The notes under the pieces: generated by a model
The model's input: only the letters and a program-made list of their open reading frames with translations
The model's database searches: none
Told to the model about the DNA's origin: nothing
Shown here: positions 1 to 9,089 of the stretch, one piece after another
Layout: every line of letters starts with the position of its first letter
How positions within the stretch are numbered: the first letter of the stretch is position 1
Made by a program: the position numbers and the translations under genes
Origin: Pyrodictiaceae archaeon
GTDB taxonomy: Archaea; Thermoproteota; Thermoprotei_A; Sulfolobales; Pyrodictiaceae
Direction of reading: 5' to 3'
NCBI GenBank assembly: GCA_026986935.1
Contig: JALSNP010000062.1
Coordinates: 1 to 33,064 of the forward strand
Length of the DNA stretch: 33,064 nucleotides

Positions 1-1287
1 TTTATAGTTTTCCCCATTTATTAACGCATTTAGTCCCCTTATATAATCAGGGTACTTCTCATCAGCCTCTCCCAGCAAATCACTATACCTTCTCTCGCTC
101 ACCCTTAGTTCTCCGAAGCGGCTCTGGGCAAATGCTGCCGCTTCGTAGCCCATTGTTTTCCTCATTAGCTGCCACGCTATTTTACGCAGATACTTGGGCC
201 TTATCAAGTCATGTCGTTTCGCATAACGTGTTACTAATTCTCTCCGCACATGCCTGCCTAGCAGCCCTGTAGCCTCTAGCAGTTCAAGGGTCTCCTTCCG
301 GAAGTATATCCACTCGCATGGCTTCTGCCCCTCCCTCAGCCCTAGGTAGTAGCGGCAGAACCCTTGGTCCTCGAGGCAGACCAGCCTCTGGGTAAACCCG
401 AGGCCAGGGATCTCGACTTGCTCTTCTGGAGCCCACTCTGCTAGCATCTTGAGAGCATGCTCTAGCCGCGCACCGCTCTCGAGCATTAATCTATACAAAG
501 CGTAGTATTGCTTGTGATGCTTTCTCAGATAATCCAAGGTCTTGGCCAGCTCCTCAAGGTTAATAGGGTAGACACGTACGTCCAACTTGTAGGAGCGGCT
601 AGGCACTACCTCTAGTATCCATGCCATGGTTTCTCCGCTTATCCTCCGCCTATGGTAGAGGTAGCGTATGTAGTGCCTAAAGATGTTCCTTAGCCAGCCG
701 TTAGGATGCCTAGCCACATACTCTACTAGCTCCTCGCTGAGCTCCTTGCCCTCTAGCTCTCTCATGAAGAGATTGCGGTACTTCCTGAGCTGCTCCTCTG
801 TTAGCACTTTGCGCCTCTTCTTCCGCTCCCGCAGGTAGTGCTCGAAGTCCTCGCTCCACTCCAGCCTGACGCCCGCCAGGCTCACACCAAGCATCTTCTT
901 GAGGTCCTCGCGGAACTCCTGCACCACAAAGCGGAGAATAGCATTCTTCAAGTACTCGTCATTCTTGGCTAGCGCCAGCACCTCGAGTGCGAGCCCATAA
1001 TCTACTGCACCATCCTCCCTAACTATGCCTAGCGCCCGCAACCTCTCCCTAGCAGCTACTAGCTGCTCAAACTCGCTCCTAGAGACTAGCCCCAAGGAGA
1101 ACAAGGCTAGAAGTTTGTCATCGGGTATCTCCTGCGCACCGCTCATGTAGCGCCAAAGCGTGATGCGGCTAACCCCAAGAGCCTTCATAACAGCTTGTCT
1201 TCCATGCTTATTAACAGCATAATGTAATATTTTACGTTTAGCCTCACTGTTTAGCTTGCTAATGTTTAACTCATCGTACCAAGCCAA
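1..1287 (-). CDS. int: Tyrosine recombinase/integrase with N-terminal HTH (pNOB8/SSV1-like archaeal integrase); runs off the left edge
   Basis: Not in the ORF track because there is no stop in the window. Manually read frame is open from TTG at 1287 (GGGAGT SD) to base 1, at least 429 aa. Motifs: MAWYDELNISKL; HTH-like ALGVSRITLWRYMSG; YRLMLESGARLEHA (catalytic Arg I); RPKYLRK (Arg II box); FAQSRFGELRVSERRY (candidate Tyr nucleophile). Lies just downstream of tRNA-Asp. Confidence 0.9.
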   Translation of the reverse strand, partial: MAWYDELNISKLNSEAKRKILHYAVNKHGRQAVMKALGVSRITLWRYMSGAQEIPDDKLLALFSLGLVSRSEFEQLVAARERLRALGIVREDGAVDYGLALEVLALAKNDEYLKNAILRFVVQEFREDLKKMLGVSLAGVRLEWSEDFEHYLRERKKRRKVLTEEQLRKYRNLFMRELEGKELSEELVEYVARHPNGWLRNIFRHYIRYLYHRRRISGETMAWILEVVPSRSYKLDVRVYPINLEELAKTLDYLRKHHKQYYALYRLMLESGARLEHALKMLAEWAPEEQVEIPGLGFTQRLVCLEDQGFCRYYLGLREGQKPCEWIYFRKETLELLEATGLLGRHVRRELVTRYAKRHDLIRPKYLRKIAWQLMRKTMGYEAAAFAQSRFGELRVSERRYSDLLGEADEKYPDYIRGLNALINGENYK

Positions 1288-1306
1288 CCGTAATACTCCC
1301 AGCTTA

Positions 1307-1401
1307 TATCAACTCCGTACAACTCCCTAATATTTCATTGTCCCCTCATCAACCATGAAACAAAGGAGTTGATAGGAGAATTGATAAGGGAGGTGATGAG
1401 G
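1307..1401. repeat. Cluster of degenerate direct/inverted repeats between tRNA-Asp and the integrase
   Basis: TATCAACTCC (1307-1316) is the exact reverse complement of GGAGTTGATA (1365-1374). Related copies: TACAACTCC, TCATCAACC, GGAGAATTGATA, GGAGGTGATG. Confidence 0.7.
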
Positions 1402-1404
1402 AAT

Positions 1405-1482
1405 TGGCGCCGCGGCCGGGATTTGAACCCGGGTCACGGGCTTGACAGGCCCGCATACTAGGCCGGGCTATACTACCGCGGC
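1405..1482 (-). tRNA. tRNA-Asp(GTC), intronless, CCA encoded
   Basis: Reverse complement reads GCCGCGGTAGTATAGCCCGG...CT-GTC-AA...GGTTCAAATCC...CCGCGGCGCCA and folds as a cloverleaf. Confidence 0.98.
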
Positions 1483-1578
1483 ACCATGTTGAAGGTCTCT
1501 CTTCTCTGAAACCGGGTTAAATAGTTAACGTGGACGAAGGGTTATCGTTGTTTGTGTTTCTTTTCTCGCAGACCCTAA

Positions 1579-1587
1579 GCTATAAAT
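1579..1587 (+). promoter_or_regulatory. Putative TATA box for aIF5A
   Basis: GCTATAAAT about 40 nt upstream of the ATG at 1623, with a GGGGA SD in between. Confidence 0.5.
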
Positions 1588-1622
1588 GCTGCTATGTGCG
1601 TTGAGTGTGCGCGGGGATTAGG

Positions 1623-2033
1623 ATGAGTGTCAACTATGCAACTCTTGGAGAGCTACGTGTTGGTAGCTATATTGTTATTGATGGTGAGCCTTGTAGGATA
1701 GTTGAGATGAGTAAGGCTAAGACGGGTAAGCATGGCAGCGCTAAGGCTCATGTGGTTGCTGTTTGCCTCTTCTCCGGTAATAAGAAGACAATGGTTGCTC
1801 CTGTCGATACTCGTGTGGAGGTACCTATTATTGATAAGAGGGTGGGACAGGTCATAGCGGATCTAGGCGATATGGTTCAGATAATGGATATGGAGACGTT
1901 TGAGACCTTTGAGGTCGAGAAGCCGAAGGACGAGGATCTCCGGGCTAAGCTAAAGCCTGGTGCTGAGGTCGAGTACTGGGTGGTGATGGGCAAGTACTGG
2001 ATCGCTAAGGTTCGTAGCGTGCCTAAGAGCTAA
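1623..2033 (+). CDS. eif5a: Translation factor aIF5A
   Basis: Hypusine motif KTGKHGSAK; likely start is ATG 1623 after a GGGG SD. Confidence 0.97.
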   Translation: MSVNYATLGELRVGSYIVIDGEPCRIVEMSKAKTGKHGSAKAHVVAVCLFSGNKKTMVAPVDTRVEVPIIDKRVGQVIADLGDMVQIMDMETFETFEVEKPKDEDLRAKLKPGAEVEYWVVMGKYWIAKVRSVPKS

Positions 2034-2174
2034 GGGTCCTTAAGGGGACCTGGCTTAGAGGTTGTTGCTCTATAGGCGTCTCTGCGTTTTTGCCCCGTCC
2101 CTCTTCCTCTTGTTCTACTTTATACTATATTTAGGTACGTTGTAACTGTTTCTCGGTTGGGGCTGGTTTAGCGC

Positions 2175-3527
2175 TTGCCGGGGCTTGAGGATATTCGTAA
2201 AGCTGTTAGTAAGCTGTTTAAGAGGAGTGGCCCATACGAGGCTATAGTAAGGGAGTATATACGTGATCTGCAGAAAGCACTGATAGCGGCTGATGTGAAT
2301 GTTCGGCTAGTGTTTGACCTAACTAAGCGTATTAGGGAGCGCGCGTTAAAGACGGAGCCTCCGCCTGGTGTTAGTCGGCGGGAATGGCTTGTTAAGATAA
2401 CTTATGAGGAGCTTGCTAAACTCTTTGGGGGAGACTATGAGCCCGAGATAAAGCCGCCTTACAAGCCGTACGTCATTATGATGGTTGGTGTACAGGGTAG
2501 TGGTAAGACTACCACTGTTGGTAAGCTTGCAAAGTTTTACCGGGACATGGGGTACCGTGTAGGAGTTGTAGCTGCTGACACGTATCGGCCCGGGGCTTAT
2601 GACCAGTTGCGCCAGTTAGCGGATAAGGCTAAGGCAATGTTCTATGGCGAGCCGGGCTCCAAGGACCCTATAGGTATTGCTAAGCGTGGTGTCGAGGAGC
2701 TGAAGAAACGCGGCGCAGAGATAATAATCATTGATACTGCTGGTAGGCATGGTTATGGCGAGGAGGAAGCCCTTCTCGAGGAGATGAGAAACATTGCTGA
2801 CGCGGTTAAGCCCGACGAGGTAGTATTGGTTATTGATGCCGCGATGGGGCAGAAGAGCTACGACCTGGCTAGGAGGTTTCATGAAGCCACGCCCATAGGT
2901 AGTATAGTTGTAACAAAGATGGATGGCACCGCTAAGGGTGGTGGAGCGTTATCGGCTGTCGCGGCTACTGGTGCTCGGATAAAGTTCATCGGGACCGGCG
3001 AGAGCATAGAGGAGCTAGAGGTGTTTAAGCCGAGAAGATTTGTCGCGCGATTGCTGGGAATGGGTGATCTCGAATCACTTCTTGAGCGCATAGAGAGGCT
3101 GGAGAGCGCTAAGGATTTTGAGAAGACTGTGGCGGAGATGATTTCGGGTAAAATTACTTTCAGGACTATTTATAGGCAGATCCAGCAGGTAAAGAAGCTT
3201 GGTCCATTCCGTAAAGTGCTCCAAATGATACCGGGCCTCTCAACGATGATAGACTCCGTAGAGGATGCTGCAAAGCTCAGCGAGGAAAAGACCAAGAAAT
3301 GGATAAACATAATGAATTCAATGACCTACGAGGAGCTTGACAACCCTGAGCTCTTAGAGCAACGCAGCAGGGTCAAAAGAATAGCTATAGGCGCGGGCGT
3401 TGAGACAAGCGATGTAAAGGAGCTATATAATTACTACAAGACCGTAAAGAGGATGATGAGGACTCTGAAGAAGAGGAAGGATATACTTGAAAAACTCGTC
3501 AAATCGGGGAAGCTGCCAGGAGGTTAA
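2175..3527 (+). CDS. srp54: Signal recognition particle protein SRP54
   Basis: GVQGSGKTTT, DTAGR, TKMDGTAKGGGALS, plus a C-terminal M domain. Confidence 0.98.
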   Translation: MPGLEDIRKAVSKLFKRSGPYEAIVREYIRDLQKALIAADVNVRLVFDLTKRIRERALKTEPPPGVSRREWLVKITYEELAKLFGGDYEPEIKPPYKPYVIMMVGVQGSGKTTTVGKLAKFYRDMGYRVGVVAADTYRPGAYDQLRQLADKAKAMFYGEPGSKDPIGIAKRGVEELKKRGAEIIIIDTAGRHGYGEEEALLEEMRNIADAVKPDEVVLVIDAAMGQKSYDLARRFHEATPIGSIVVTKMDGTAKGGGALSAVAATGARIKFIGTGESIEELEVFKPRRFVARLLGMGDLESLLERIERLESAKDFEKTVAEMISGKITFRTIYRQIQQVKKLGPFRKVLQMIPGLSTMIDSVEDAAKLSEEKTKKWINIMNSMTYEELDNPELLEQRSRVKRIAIGAGVETSDVKELYNYYKTVKRMMRTLKKRKDILEKLVKSGKLPGG

Positions 3528-3990
3528 CATAGTATACGTTACTAGTTGCTCTGAGGACTCGCTTCTTCGCGGAGCACATGCGATATCCGCGGCTCTTTTC
3601 CTCTCCAATGGGATAAGGTACTGGGTATCACTGAGAGTAGTGCTACGGGTAAAGAGGAGGCAGGAGTGCCTAGTCTCCCTAGTAAGAATATCTGGTAGGG
3701 AGATTAGGTGGCTTAGGCCTGGTGAAAGGAATCTTCTCGGATTCCTTAATACTCTCTTCAAGGGCCGCTCTTGGCCAGGGGCTCGGCTCATTCATCTTAA
3801 GGAGCCTAGTTACGATGAACTGGTTCCCAGCAGCTGTCTCCCTATAGGCGAGTACCTGGGCTCGCCTAATATGTGCCCAGAATGCATACTTGTAGATGAG
3901 GAAAAACTGGAGGCTTGTTTAAAGCCCTGGTGGCTTCTCGCCTCACTAATGGTTGTGAACGATGCCGGATGTAGACAGCGTTGCGGCTAG
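3487..3990 (+). CDS. Divergent/short TrmY-like (tRNA m1Psi54 methyltransferase SPOUT family) protein
   Basis: AISAALFLSNGIR and GREIRWLRPGERNL resemble TrmY N-terminal motifs. Lies directly upstream of pus10. C-terminal SAM-knot motifs are not recognisable and the start codon is uncertain. Confidence 0.55.
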   Translation: MKNSSNRGSCQEVNIVYVTSCSEDSLLRGAHAISAALFLSNGIRYWVSLRVVLRVKRRQECLVSLVRISGREIRWLRPGERNLLGFLNTLFKGRSWPGARLIHLKEPSYDELVPSSCLPIGEYLGSPNMCPECILVDEEKLEACLKPWWLLASLMVVNDAGCRQRCG

Positions 3991-5308
3991 CGCTTCGAGC
4001 GATCTTATAAGGAAAGCAATGGATGTTCTGAAGCGCTACCCGCTATGCGATAGATGCTTGGGGCGCATGTTTGCCCTACTTGGTAGGGGGTGGAGTAATA
4101 GGGAGAGAGGCGATGCGCTCAAGAGAGTAATATTGATGTCTCTTCATGCGAGGATACGTGAAGGGGATAAAGATGCTGTGGAAATGCTGAGAGAATTAGC
4201 TCCATCCATAGGTGAGCAAGCTAGACAACTGTATGAGGAGATAGTGGGCGAGGATCTTAAGCCCTATAAGTGTTATATATGTGGCTCGATGCTCGAGGAG
4301 TGGATAAGAAGGGCTGGTGAAAAGGCTTCAAAAATGCTTCTCGAGAACGATGCCCGCGACTTCCTTGTTGCAGCTAAACTAGGCGCTGATATACGTGAAC
4401 GAGAGGACGAGATTAAGCGGAGATTCGGCCTCATTTATGCAGAGTCTATAGGCTCTGAGATTAAGCGCGAGGTAAGTAAGATTATTCAATCCGAGACGGG
4501 GCTGAAACCTAACTTCGTTAACCCGGACGCGGTAGTTGTTGTCTATGTGCCGGGCGGCGATGTAGAGATTCAATTGATGCCCTTACTGCTTAGGGGGATC
4601 TATTGGAAAACCGCTAGGAGAATATCACAATCCTATTGGGTGACACGACAAGGGGTGAAGAGGTACCCCTTGAGCGTCGAGGAGGCTATGAAACCTTTGC
4701 AGAGTCTTTATCTCTCTGAGGATCTTGTCCTGCATGCCTCTGGGCGAGAGGATGCGGATGCGCGTATGTTGGGCTCTGGGCGGCCATTCGTGGTTGAGCT
4801 AAAGAAGCCGCGAAGACGGAGAGTAGATACGCGTGACGCGGAGGAGCAGGTGAAGAGGTTTACTCGTGGAATGGTGCAGGTAGTCTTTATGGGGGAGGGG
4901 TATCGCCGCGACGTAGTGGATTTGAAGTCGGAGCATCAGAGGAAGACGAAGCTCTACAAAGCCCTTGTTGTCACTGATAAGGAGATAAGCGAGGACGAGC
5001 TCCGGGGCCTTGAGAAATTCTTCACTAATAGGGAGATAAGTCAGAGAACCCCTCGGCGAGTAAGACATAGAAGACCCGATGTCATACGTGAACGCATAGT
5101 CTTTGAAGTAAGGGCTAGGAAAATAGCGAGCAACGTGTTCGAGGCATTAATCAAGGCAGAGGGAGGGCTTTACATAAAAGAACTCATTAGCGGTGATGAA
5201 GGTGACACGTCACCGAGCTTCTCCGAGTTCTTGGGGGCTAGAGCCCTCTGTGTAGAGCTAGATGTGGTTGAGGTAAGCATGCCGAAAGCATGGAGCAAGC
5301 CTCGGTGA
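3962..5308 (+). CDS. pus10: tRNA pseudouridine(54/55) synthase Pus10
   Basis: LCDRCLGR and CYIC Zn motifs, catalytic HASGREDADARMLG, GGLYIKELISGD. Confidence 0.97.
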   Translation: MPDVDSVAASASSDLIRKAMDVLKRYPLCDRCLGRMFALLGRGWSNRERGDALKRVILMSLHARIREGDKDAVEMLRELAPSIGEQARQLYEEIVGEDLKPYKCYICGSMLEEWIRRAGEKASKMLLENDARDFLVAAKLGADIREREDEIKRRFGLIYAESIGSEIKREVSKIIQSETGLKPNFVNPDAVVVVYVPGGDVEIQLMPLLLRGIYWKTARRISQSYWVTRQGVKRYPLSVEEAMKPLQSLYLSEDLVLHASGREDADARMLGSGRPFVVELKKPRRRRVDTRDAEEQVKRFTRGMVQVVFMGEGYRRDVVDLKSEHQRKTKLYKALVVTDKEISEDELRGLEKFFTNREISQRTPRRVRHRRPDVIRERIVFEVRARKIASNVFEALIKAEGGLYIKELISGDEGDTSPSFSEFLGARALCVELDVVEVSMPKAWSKPR

Positions 5309-5356
5309 TCAAGAATATAACGTACCGCTACTCTGGTAGTGCGGCGGGGACACGGA

Positions 5357-5689
5357 GTGAAGCCATCAAAGGGGTTTAGGCATAGGACGAGGAAAGTGTT
5401 TAAGAAACATATACGTGAGAGAGGAGCAGTACCGCCACTAAGTCTACTCATGCACGAGTATAAGCCCGGAGACCGGGTATACATAATAGTCAATCCCGCC
5501 ATAATGAAGGGGATGCCTCATAGACGCTACCATGGCAAAGTCGGAGTAGTTGTGGGTAAACGGGGGAAAGCATACATAGTACAGGTAAAAGTAGGGAGCA
5601 AGATGAAGACTCTCTTCATTAGGCCAGAGCACTTGCGCCCAGTGCCGCCAGAGGCGCTGACACCGCCTGGGAGCAGAGAAAGCCAGTGA
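5357..5689 (+). CDS. rpl21e: 50S ribosomal protein L21e
   Basis: SKGFRHRTR, GMPHRRYHGKVG, RPEHL; likely GTG start at 5357. Confidence 0.97.
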   Translation: MKPSKGFRHRTRKVFKKHIRERGAVPPLSLLMHEYKPGDRVYIIVNPAIMKGMPHRRYHGKVGVVVGKRGKAYIVQVKVGSKMKTLFIRPEHLRPVPPEALTPPGSRESQ

Positions 5690-5786
5690 GAAAGCAAATC
5701 TATGTCTCTACCTAGTAGCTAGCATGTCTGTGTTTTTCTTACTCGCGATTACGGCTTAGGATTGTCTGTGGTCCGGGTGACAGATA

Positions 5787-6131
5787 GTGGTTGAAATATT
5801 ATCGTCAAGGTATGTACCAAACCCTGTTGCAAAGAAGATACTAGAGTCCGCTAAGAAACTAATTGAGGAGAACCCTATCGTTGCTAGAACCTACGAGTAT
5901 GTTTCTAAGTTCTCTAAGTGTGATTCCGATAGGGCTGTGAAAGCGGTCGAGGAGCTGAAATCAATAGGCTTTAGCGACTTCGCTGCCACCATGCTTGTAA
6001 ACCTAGTTCCTAGGGAGCTTGAGGAGGCCAAGGCTCTTCTAGGGGATATAGACGGAGGTTATGAGGAGGAAGTTGTTGAGAAGGGGCTTGAGGTTCTCAG
6101 GAAGTACTGCCTGGGAGAGAATGAACAATAG
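5787..6131 (+). CDS. rpoF: RNA polymerase subunit RpoF (Rpo4)
   Basis: YEYVSKFSKC...A...VEEL pattern; conserved rpl21e-rpoF-DUF655-ksgA order. Confidence 0.88.
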   Translation: MVEILSSRYVPNPVAKKILESAKKLIEENPIVARTYEYVSKFSKCDSDRAVKAVEELKSIGFSDFAATMLVNLVPRELEEAKALLGDIDGGYEEEVVEKGLEVLRKYCLGENEQ

Positions 6132-6259
6132 TCTCTAGTGGGAAAGGGGCATAGTTTCCGAGAAATGCGGGTCTCTTTAGGTTATTAAGGAGAAGGTGTT
6201 AGTAGAACCCAATGTGCAAGGTTAGCTTATATCCCTTCATAGATTGGTAAAAGGAGTGG

Positions 6260-6991
6260 GTGCTGCTAGATTTGTCATCTCAGCGAAATTTCGCGCGGCG
6301 ACGCCATAGGCAGTATAAGCCGCATGAGGAGTATGCTTATGTTCTGGATTACTTGCCGATGGGTAACCCTGCTGATAAGCATCCGAAGCATCGAACTAAA
6401 CCAGTTGTACAGCTCATTGGAGAGGATTACTTCTTATTACTAGAGGCGTCTCCGCGGCGCGGGGCCTCCCTAGAGGTCGGTGAACGGGTGTATGTGGGCC
6501 CTATTGCCGAGAAGAGGCTCAAAATATTCCGTGTCGAGGCAGAGATAGAGTACGATGATTTAACCTCTTTTGCAAAAAGTATGTTGCCGAGCGTGGTGGA
6601 GGAGATAGTACGAAGGAAGGAGAAAGTATTTGTGGAATTCTTTAACATAGCTGGCCCGATAACTCTTCGATTCCATAGCTTAGAGCTCCTCCCAGGTGTG
6701 GGTAAAAAGACTGTAGCAAAGATAATCGAAGCGCGTGAGAGAGAACCGTTTAAGAGCTTTGAGGATATTCAGCAACGTGTCCACATAGACCCTGTGAAAA
6801 TTATTGCTGAGAGAATAGTTGAGGAGATAAAAGGCGGGCAAAAGTACTACTTGTTTGTAAGACCGCCTCGACGTGAACGCGAAAACGTTGTCCCGCCACT
6901 ATTTCTCAACTACTTATCACAAATATACGAGAGAGTAGAGAGGCAAAGAGTGAACGAGGAACAAGAGATCTATGGAGAGGATCAAGCCTAG
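6260..6991 (+). CDS. DUF655 putative RNA-binding protein (HhH motif)
   Basis: EEYAYVLDYLP, FFNIAGPITLRFHSLELLPGVGKK, PFKSFEDI; synteny. Confidence 0.92.
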   Translation: MLLDLSSQRNFARRRHRQYKPHEEYAYVLDYLPMGNPADKHPKHRTKPVVQLIGEDYFLLLEASPRRGASLEVGERVYVGPIAEKRLKIFRVEAEIEYDDLTSFAKSMLPSVVEEIVRRKEKVFVEFFNIAGPITLRFHSLELLPGVGKKTVAKIIEAREREPFKSFEDIQQRVHIDPVKIIAERIVEEIKGGQKYYLFVRPPRRERENVVPPLFLNYLSQIYERVERQRVNEEQEIYGEDQA

Positions 6992-7757
6992 TAAAAAACT
7001 AGGCCAACACTTCCTAGTATCTCGTAGAGTAGCGCGTATTTTCTCTTCGTGGGTATGTGGTTATAGAAAAGTATTTGAGATAGGGCCTGGCACCGGGTTT
7101 ATAACATCCGATATACTTCGTAGCTGCGATGAACCAGAGATAGTGGCGGGCATAGAGATAGATAGCAGAGTCTTGGAGAATTTAGCCGCTCTATCCATCC
7201 TTGATAACCGCTTCTACATAGTGCACGGCGATGCATTATCCCCTGCGCTTCGATTAAGAGGCTTTGATGCTGGTTACGGCAGTATACCCTATAATATAAC
7301 TGGCCCATTATTATCGTTGCTTACTAAATGGTTCCAGAAGCCATTACTGCTTCTCATACAAAGAGAGGTTGCGGATAGGTTATCGGCTAAACCGGGTTCG
7401 AAGAATTATGGTAGACTGACTATACTTGTTAGCCTCGTGTACAGTGTTAGGAAGCTAGCTCTTGTCCCTCCAACGGCTTTTAGGCCGAGGCCTAGGGTCT
7501 ACTCTCAGGTAGTCGAGCTTCTCCCGAAGAGGAGTATTCCGCCCCAAACCATAGCGCTTATAGAGGATGTTACGAAGTGTTTCTTCTCGCAAAGAAACAA
7601 GAAGGCTAGGAAAGTCGGGATTCGATGCCTCGGTGAGTGCGTAAAGGATATTGTTCCCGGTGATTTGAGAGTGTATGAGCTTGAGCCAGATTTCTTCCTA
7701 AGAATTATCGAAAAGTGTGAGCTAAGGCCTGGATCCCATGAGCGGGCTAGGATATAG
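6972..7757 (+). CDS. rsmA: 16S rRNA adenine dimethyltransferase KsgA/Dim1
   Basis: KKLGQHFL, EIGPGTG, IEID, QREVADRL, YGRL, FRPRPRVYS. Confidence 0.95.
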   Translation: MERIKPSKKLGQHFLVSRRVARIFSSWVCGYRKVFEIGPGTGFITSDILRSCDEPEIVAGIEIDSRVLENLAALSILDNRFYIVHGDALSPALRLRGFDAGYGSIPYNITGPLLSLLTKWFQKPLLLLIQREVADRLSAKPGSKNYGRLTILVSLVYSVRKLALVPPTAFRPRPRVYSQVVELLPKRSIPPQTIALIEDVTKCFFSQRNKKARKVGIRCLGECVKDIVPGDLRVYELEPDFFLRIIEKCELRPGSHERARI

Positions 7758-8385
7758 TTGTGCTGGTTTCGAGATATTATATAAGGTTCCTCTAGGTGAC
7801 CGATTAAGCATAAACGTGTGCAAGGATGTCTACGCGCCATCTGATGACACGTTCCTCGCAGTTAATGCCATCTCGGAGTTAAAGGAGAAGAAAGGGAGCC
7901 CGCTCCGTGTATGCATCGACATAGGTACTGGTAGCGGGGTTCTTGGGATATATTGTGCTAAGAAGTTACGCCCAGCATACACGGTGTTGATAGATATTAA
8001 TCCATGCGCTCTTTATTGCTCAAAGATAAATATTAGGGAGAATGAATTATTTCTAACAGATATAATCCAATGTGATAATGCTACATGTCTAAGGCCCGGT
8101 CTTAGAGACGCGTTCATAGTTTATAATACTCCGTACCTTCCAGTCAAAGATGAAGGCTTGCTAGGATTAGCTTGGAGCGGAGGTCTTAGAGAAGCAAATC
8201 GCTTTGTACAACAAGTTATTAGTGTTCTTAGTCGTGGGTGTATCGTAGTGGTGTACTCCTCTCTAAGCGGTGATGACTCGGAGCTCATTTTGAGACTTAG
8301 ACTAAGCGGCTTCAATACAGTGATTAGAAAGATTCACGTGTTCTTTGAAGACATAAAGGCGGTGATTGGATGCAAAGGGGGATAG
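7738..8385 (+). CDS. HemK2/PrmC-like (release factor Gln) methyltransferase
   Basis: VYAPSDDTFL, DIGTGSG, DINP, NTPYLP, AWSGG, FFEDI. Confidence 0.88.
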   Translation: MSGLGYSCAGFEILYKVPLGDRLSINVCKDVYAPSDDTFLAVNAISELKEKKGSPLRVCIDIGTGSGVLGIYCAKKLRPAYTVLIDINPCALYCSKINIRENELFLTDIIQCDNATCLRPGLRDAFIVYNTPYLPVKDEGLLGLAWSGGLREANRFVQQVISVLSRGCIVVVYSSLSGDDSELILRLRLSGFNTVIRKIHVFFEDIKAVIGCKGG

Positions 8386-9089
8386 TAAGACTGGTATTGG
8401 TTGGTATAGAGGGGGAGATAAATCTCGGATTTATAGCGAGGCTGGCTGCTAACTTTAAGGTAGATGAATTCTATCTAGTCGCTCCCAGGGCTAGCCCGGA
8501 TAGTCAAGAGGCGCGACGATTTGCTGCTAACGGCTCATACATGCTTGATAAGGCAATAGTAGTCGAGAATCTCGACGAGGCTCTTCGCGGCGTAGATATA
8601 GCGGCATGTACGAGTGCTAAGATAGGGCAGAGAAGCGATGTGATCCGTCACGCGGTCTCGGCGCGGGAATTTGCAGAGGAAATAGCTCCGCGCTACACTA
8701 GAATAGGCATCGTGTTTGGCCGCGAAAGTGTAGGGCTCACCCGCGACGAGCTAACGAAGTGTAACCTGTTAGTTCATATCCCTGCAAACCCAGAGTACCC
8801 TGTACTCAACCTGAGCCACGCAGTAGGAATAGTACTCTATGAGTTATGGCAAAGCCTTCATGTAGTAGAGCTCCACGAGAAAGCTCCCGAGAAACAGCTT
8901 AGCTATATCTATGAGAAGCTTGAACCACTAATAGACCTTGTAGTTGATAAAGAGCGGTCGCAGCACGTGAAAGCCGCGATAAAACATATACTTTGGAAAT
9001 CCAAGATAACGTCCGGCGAGGCTTCCGCGTTATACTATTTTGCAAAAAAGCTTAGACGCCTCGTAGAGGAGTGTGTCAAGCGATGCTAA
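8370..9089 (+). CDS. trmJ: TrmJ-family tRNA 2'-O-methyltransferase (SPOUT)
   Basis: NLGFIAR, VFGRESVGL, IPANPEYPVLNLSHAV. Confidence 0.93.
   Translation: MQRGIVRLVLVGIEGEINLGFIARLAANFKVDEFYLVAPRASPDSQEARRFAANGSYMLDKAIVVENLDEALRGVDIAACTSAKIGQRSDVIRHAVSAREFAEEIAPRYTRIGIVFGRESVGLTRDELTKCNLLVHIPANPEYPVLNLSHAVGIVLYELWQSLHVVELHEKAPEKQLSYIYEKLEPLIDLVVDKERSQHVKAAIKHILWKSKITSGEASALYYFAKKLRRLVEECVKRC

Larger units (their letters stand above)
1..1445 (-). mobile_element. End of an element integrated at the 3' half of tRNA-Asp (extends left beyond the window)
   Basis: Integrase gene about 120 bp downstream of the tRNA 3' end in the same orientation. The second att copy is not visible in the window. Confidence 0.7.

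Noticed and set aside
1393-1399. C-box-like GTGATGA beside tRNA-Asp
   Set aside because: No suitably placed D box; better explained as part of the repeat array.
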